A model generated the notes under the pieces. That model was not told the DNA's origin and ran no database searches. It was given only the letters and a program-made list of their open reading frames with translations. Below are positions 27,187-30,893 of a stretch of DNA of 30,893 nt, in pieces. The position numbers and the translations under genes were made by a program. How positions within the stretch are numbered: the first letter of the stretch is position 1; each line of letters opens with the position of its first letter. The DNA is from Oxalobacteraceae bacterium UBA5157 (lineage in GTDB: Bacteria > Pseudomonadota > Gammaproteobacteria > Burkholderiales > Burkholderiaceae_D). The stretch spans positions 1 through 30,893 of the forward strand of contig DHXL01000260.1 in the NCBI GenBank assembly GCA_002415335.1. The letters run 5' to 3'.

Positions 27187-28272
27187 TCACTTCAGAATCT
27201 CTTGGTATGTGCGACCGAAATCGCCGGCCAGGCGATCGATCGTATAGTTGCTGACGATACGCTGCCGGCTTGACTCACCCATGCGACGAATCAATGCTCG
27301 ATCGTTATCGAGTCGGTCAATGGCATCGGCCAGAGCTTGCGGGTTCCGCAACTGCACAAACAGACCGTGAACGCCGTCTTCCATCACATCCGGAATATCG
27401 CCGACACAACTGACCAGCGCTGGTGTGCGGGCAGCCATACTCTCCAGCAAGGCATAGGGCAAGGCTTCGTGGTAGGTAGGAAAAACAAACAAGTCAGACT
27501 CATTCCACACCCGGTCTCTTTCTATGCCATGCACTACGCCCATAAACCTGACTTCATGCTGAAGGCCCAGATCTTCGACACGAGCACGCAACCGCGCCTC
27601 GTCCGGTCCATTGCCGGCAATAGTCAGCTGCATGTCTTTCCCACGCTCATGCAATATCCTGAGCGCTTCGATAATTTCAAAAACGCCCTTGCTCTCAGCC
27701 AATCGGCCGACGTAAGCCAGCTGCAAAGGCTTATCCCGCGCTGATGGAACACGTTTCCACTCAGGATCGGCGCCCAGTTCAATGGCATTAGGGATCACCG
27801 CCAGGTTGAGGTCGGGGGAAAACTCTCGATATGCACGCAACGAGTCCTTCCCCAACAACACCACGACGTCAGCCGAGCGCAGGACCTGCCTAAGGAGGAC
27901 GCTGGCCAATTTGCTGTTCTCAAAGAATTTCTCTGGCGACGCGCCACCATGCACCTGGTAGACAATTTTCTTTCCCAATCCGAGTGCAACCGCTAAATAA
28001 ACCAAATCGCGCCAATATCCTTTAGGGTCCATCGTGGTGTTCACGTGGACAATCTGCGGGTCATCCCGAATCAGTCTCTCCAGGAATTGAAATGGACTAA
28101 ACAGAAAGCGAAACAGTTTTTGCGGTACGGATTCCGCACGGCCCTGACTGCCGACCTGGAAATGCAAGAGATTAAATTCCTCCGACAGACGGGAGCGAAA
28201 CAGCAGGTTCAGATGCGTACTAACGCCGCTAACCGCATCCAGAGAAGGTCCAAGCAACATAACAGTCTTCAT
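27187..28272 (-). CDS. Glycosyltransferase family 4
   Basis: VIPNA, YVGRLAESKG, AGNGP, and the EX7E motif FVFPTYHEALPYALLESMA. Confidence 0.92.
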   Translation of the reverse strand: MKTVMLLGPSLDAVSGVSTHLNLLFRSRLSEEFNLLHFQVGSQGRAESVPQKLFRFLFSPFQFLERLIRDDPQIVHVNTTMDPKGYWRDLVYLAVALGLGKKIVYQVHGGASPEKFFENSKLASVLLRQVLRSADVVVLLGKDSLRAYREFSPDLNLAVIPNAIELGADPEWKRVPSARDKPLQLAYVGRLAESKGVFEIIEALRILHERGKDMQLTIAGNGPDEARLRARVEDLGLQHEVRFMGVVHGIERDRVWNESDLFVFPTYHEALPYALLESMAARTPALVSCVGDIPDVMEDGVHGLFVQLRNPQALADAIDRLDNDRALIRRMGESSRQRIVSNYTIDRLAGDFGRTYQEILK

Positions 28273-28300
28273 GTTCGATAGTCCTGAGTGATTAATTCAA

Positions 28301-28341
28301 AGCGTATCGAATCCCATGACGTGTGGCTTGACTCTTATCAA
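28301..28341 (-). promoter_or_regulatory. Class II FNR-type promoter for the GT4-wecB operon
   Basis: TTGAC-TCTT-ATCAA (28328-28341, flanked by C and G to extend the palindrome), a 21-nt gap, then TACGCT (28306-28301); the gene starts at 28272. Confidence 0.68.
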
Positions 28342-28442
28342 GTAAGAAGCATGTACCGCGCAATGCCGTAGGACATGGGTCGTGCCATTCGGTTCGGCGA
28401 GTTGGCTGCGGTGGACAAGGCACTCCATCGCGACGATGCCGG

Positions 28443-29570
28443 TCAACGCGCACACAACGCCATCACCTGGCTGGAATGATCCATTTTCTCCAGCAAGAGG
28501 GTCTTGCTCGAAGTCGCCAGCGTATACAGATCGCCCATCTTGCATCGCAACATGCGGCCCTGCCAGCCCCGGTCGGACACCGCAAAACGCCACTGGCGCG
28601 GGCTGTACAGCGGGTGGTAATAGATATCCGCGGTACCTGACGTCAACATGCGTATGCCCTCAGCCGGTGTCGGATCCACACATTCGGCGACAAAATTCAA
28701 TCCGCACCACACCGATGCCGATAAAGAGCGCCAGAAGCGCGGATTAGACTCGAACAGGAAGACCTTGCCGGTATCGTCTTCGATTCGCGCATCGACATTC
28801 ATCACACCGTCATAGGCGCTTTCCCTGGCAAGCGTATGAGCAACCTCGACCAGGTAATCGTTCGCTATGAACTTCATCTTTGAGCCGACTCTCCTCTGCA
28901 CGATGCGTTGCTGGATCGAGATCGCGCTAACCTTTCCGCCGCTCGCCAGAAAGTTTAGGCCGACATCCGTTCCCGAAATGAAGCGCTGGGCAATGAGCGG
29001 CGCATACCGATAGGACTCACTTTCGAGGATTTTCTGATTAAAGTCGGCCTCGCTGGTGACCGCATGAACCCCGGTCGAAGCAGCCAGACAGATTGGCTTC
29101 ACGACAAATGGCACGCCAAGCTCGCTTGCGGTTGCCGCGAAATCGAGGTCGTATTTTGAGTCAACCAGGCGAGTGAGCGGCACGTTCAGTCCATGTTTCT
29201 TGCAGAACTGATAAAAGTGCCACTTGTTGTCGAATAGGTCGAGCGCCGGCGAATCCGGTGCGGCAACGATCCTCACTCTTAGCCGATCGCGCACACGGTT
29301 CGTCATTCTTGCACTGTAGGTATCGACTGGAATCAGCACCAGATCAGCAAAAGCTTCTGCGAGCAAATTGACCTTCTCAACAAACCGGTCATCGTCCGGT
29401 CCGGTGAAGTCGGCTTCCAGATACCCGGAACACAGGCTCGAAAAGCGCAGGATATGCATCTCCTTGCTACCACCCACAACGACGCAGTTGGCATCGGTGA
29501 AGGTATGTATCGCCAGAAGCACCTCGGCCACGAGCGGCCTGAATACGCCTGCCACAATGAAATTTCGCAT
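28443..29570 (-). CDS. ATP-grasp domain protein
   Basis: LFDNKW.F, PFVVKP, PLIAQRFISG, FLFESNPRFW; RBS GGGGAG before the ATG at 29570 (the ORF track start at 29702 overlaps a regulatory box). Confidence 0.85.
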   Translation of the reverse strand: MRNFIVAGVFRPLVAEVLLAIHTFTDANCVVVGGSKEMHILRFSSLCSGYLEADFTGPDDDRFVEKVNLLAEAFADLVLIPVDTYSARMTNRVRDRLRVRIVAAPDSPALDLFDNKWHFYQFCKKHGLNVPLTRLVDSKYDLDFAATASELGVPFVVKPICLAASTGVHAVTSEADFNQKILESESYRYAPLIAQRFISGTDVGLNFLASGGKVSAISIQQRIVQRRVGSKMKFIANDYLVEVAHTLARESAYDGVMNVDARIEDDTGKVFLFESNPRFWRSLSASVWCGLNFVAECVDPTPAEGIRMLTSGTADIYYHPLYSPRQWRFAVSDRGWQGRMLRCKMGDLYTLATSSKTLLLEKMDHSSQVMALCAR

Positions 29571-29695
29571 CAACGTCACTCCCCAATAAAGACATTCTGT
29601 GCCTGCCTGCCAACCCAGCGAATCCTTAAGAAGGCTTTCACCACCTACAAAAGTACCAGATATCCAGCCGGCAAAAGCGAGAACCGGATGCCGCG

Positions 29696-29709
29696 TTGAC
29701 AAGCGTCAA
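29696..29709. promoter_or_regulatory. FNR-type box, TTGAC variant
   Basis: GTTGAC-AAGC-GTCAAC perfect 6-bp arms (29695-29710) in the divergent intergenic region. Confidence 0.62.
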
Positions 29710-29847
29710 CCCCCGGGCTTCTTTTAATGCCTGCACGCGCCGGGCAATCGGAATAGCAACGCCGCCCGTTACTGAGACACGCGGCTGTCGCGGCGTAGCG
29801 CATGATCCCGTGCGACGGAAAGCATAGAGGCGCGTTCGCGACGTTTT

Positions 29848-29889
29848 TTGATAAACATCAATTCTCAATAGGTGACTCGCCTATATGAT
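29848..29889 (+). promoter_or_regulatory. Class II FNR-type promoter: box 29848-29861 plus -10 TATGAT (29884-29889)
   Basis: Perfect TTGAT-AAAC-ATCAA, a 22-nt gap, then TATGAT; the box centre falls at -41.5 for a TSS near 29896. Confidence 0.8.
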
Positions 29890-30003
29890 TTTTCTTGTTA
29901 CATTTGAATCCCCTCTGCGATTTGGCCGACACCCTATGTGAAATGCAGCCTCAAACCTGCCGTCTACCAAGACCGACACCCAATTACGGAGCACTGAAAT
30001 TAC

Positions 30004-30893
30004 ATGAAAACAGCCGGTAAGCCCCACCGATTCCTTCGCGGTGAGCTGGTCGAAGTTCGCAGCAGCCGAGAAATCGCCGGTACACTCGATGCCACGGGAA
30101 AGCTTGACGGTGTGCCATTCATGCCGGAGATGGCACCCTATTGCGGCACACGCGTTCGCGTCTTCAGGCGGGTAGGCAAGACCTGTGTGGAGGGCCACGG
30201 CATGCGTCGCATGAAGGACACGGTACTGCTGGAAGACTTGCGATGTAACGGCGGATTCCATGACGGATGCCAGCGCAACTGCCTGTTTTTCTGGAAAGAG
30301 GCCTGGTTGAAGCCAATCGATACGGACTCCCAGTTGTCGCCCAAGGCAACGGCATTCCAGGACGACGTCTCGTCGTGGCAAAATCAGCTTCCTACGCGTC
30401 AGGCGGATCGATACTTTTGCCAATCTACCGAGCTTCTCACCGCGACGTCACCGCTCTCACGCTGGAACATTAGCCAATTTATTCAGGAAGTGTCCGATGG
30501 GGAACTCTCGATCCGTGAATTCTTTCAAATCATTTTTCGTACGACACTGCACCGCTTCCTCGGGTTCAAGGAAGTCGGCTCCCTGGTCGGGAACCAGCAG
30601 AGTACATTGAAGGGTAACCTGGATCTTCAATCGGGTGACTGGATCGATGTCAAGAAATCGGACGAAATCCAGTCGACCCTCAATGCTGAGCGCAGGAACT
30701 GCGGGCTGGAATTCGTACCAAGCATGTCCGAATTCATTGGTGGCCGCTATCAGGTCGACTTCCCGATCCAGAAGATTATCCTCGAACAAACCGGCAAGAT
30801 GGTTCGACTGACCAACACGGTCGCATTGAAGGGCGTGCACTGTCACGGAATATGCGTCAAGAATTGTCCACGCAATAATAACTTGTACTGGCG
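30004..30893 (+). CDS. Uncharacterised Cys-rich protein with two internally repeated domains (3'-truncated by the window; absent from the ORF track)
   Basis: I translated an open frame of 296 codons from the ATG at 30004 (MKTAGKPHRFLRGELVEVRS...) to the window end with no stop; it contains two homologous ~90-aa repeats. Confidence 0.85.
   Translation, partial: MKTAGKPHRFLRGELVEVRSSREIAGTLDATGKLDGVPFMPEMAPYCGTRVRVFRRVGKTCVEGHGMRRMKDTVLLEDLRCNGGFHDGCQRNCLFFWKEAWLKPIDTDSQLSPKATAFQDDVSSWQNQLPTRQADRYFCQSTELLTATSPLSRWNISQFIQEVSDGELSIREFFQIIFRTTLHRFLGFKEVGSLVGNQQSTLKGNLDLQSGDWIDVKKSDEIQSTLNAERRNCGLEFVPSMSEFIGGRYQVDFPIQKIILEQTGKMVRLTNTVALKGVHCHGICVKNCPRNNNLYW

Noticed and set aside
1-30893. CRISPR arrays, IS elements, integrase or defence systems
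   Set aside because: No regularly spaced repeats, terminal inverted repeats or transposase/integrase motifs were seen. The YajD HNH is a widespread conserved protein with no defence partners here.

Overview
GC-rich window, probably betaproteobacterial (inferred from gene content), that opens inside a tRNA-Pro(GGG) followed immediately by a consensus IHF site, which looks like a genomic-island or att boundary. The left half is a mosaic of accessory genes: DUF3331, a type IIIA H+-exporting P-type ATPase, a hotdog thioesterase, YajD, an internally deleted Cache-HAMP-PAS pseudogene, a secreted Ig-like/lipase protein, a SnoaL-PadR pair with visible operators, DUF3014, a hypothetical secreted protein and a hypothetical basic protein. 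The middle is a co-oriented, membrane-free regulatory block: CheR with a decayed CheB, a PAS histidine kinase, a NarL-type response regulator, a 4-Cys FNR and a REC-PAS-GGDEF-EAL protein. The right part begins an exopolysaccharide locus: wcaJ, manC, galE, gmd, fcl, a WecB/TagA GT, a GT4, an ATP-grasp protein and a Cys-rich tandem-domain protein that runs off the window and is missing from the ORF track. The strongest non-annotated signal is a set of FNR-type palindromes (TTGAY-N4-RTCAA): five perfect and two with one mismatch, all intergenic. Five of them sit 21-22 nt upstream of a -10-like hexamer, which is class II activator geometry. This suggests an O2/redox-controlled EPS regulon that also includes uncharacterised genes, probably driven by the adjacent FNR paralog. 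All motif scanning was by eye, and family assignments come from recognised motifs rather than database searches.
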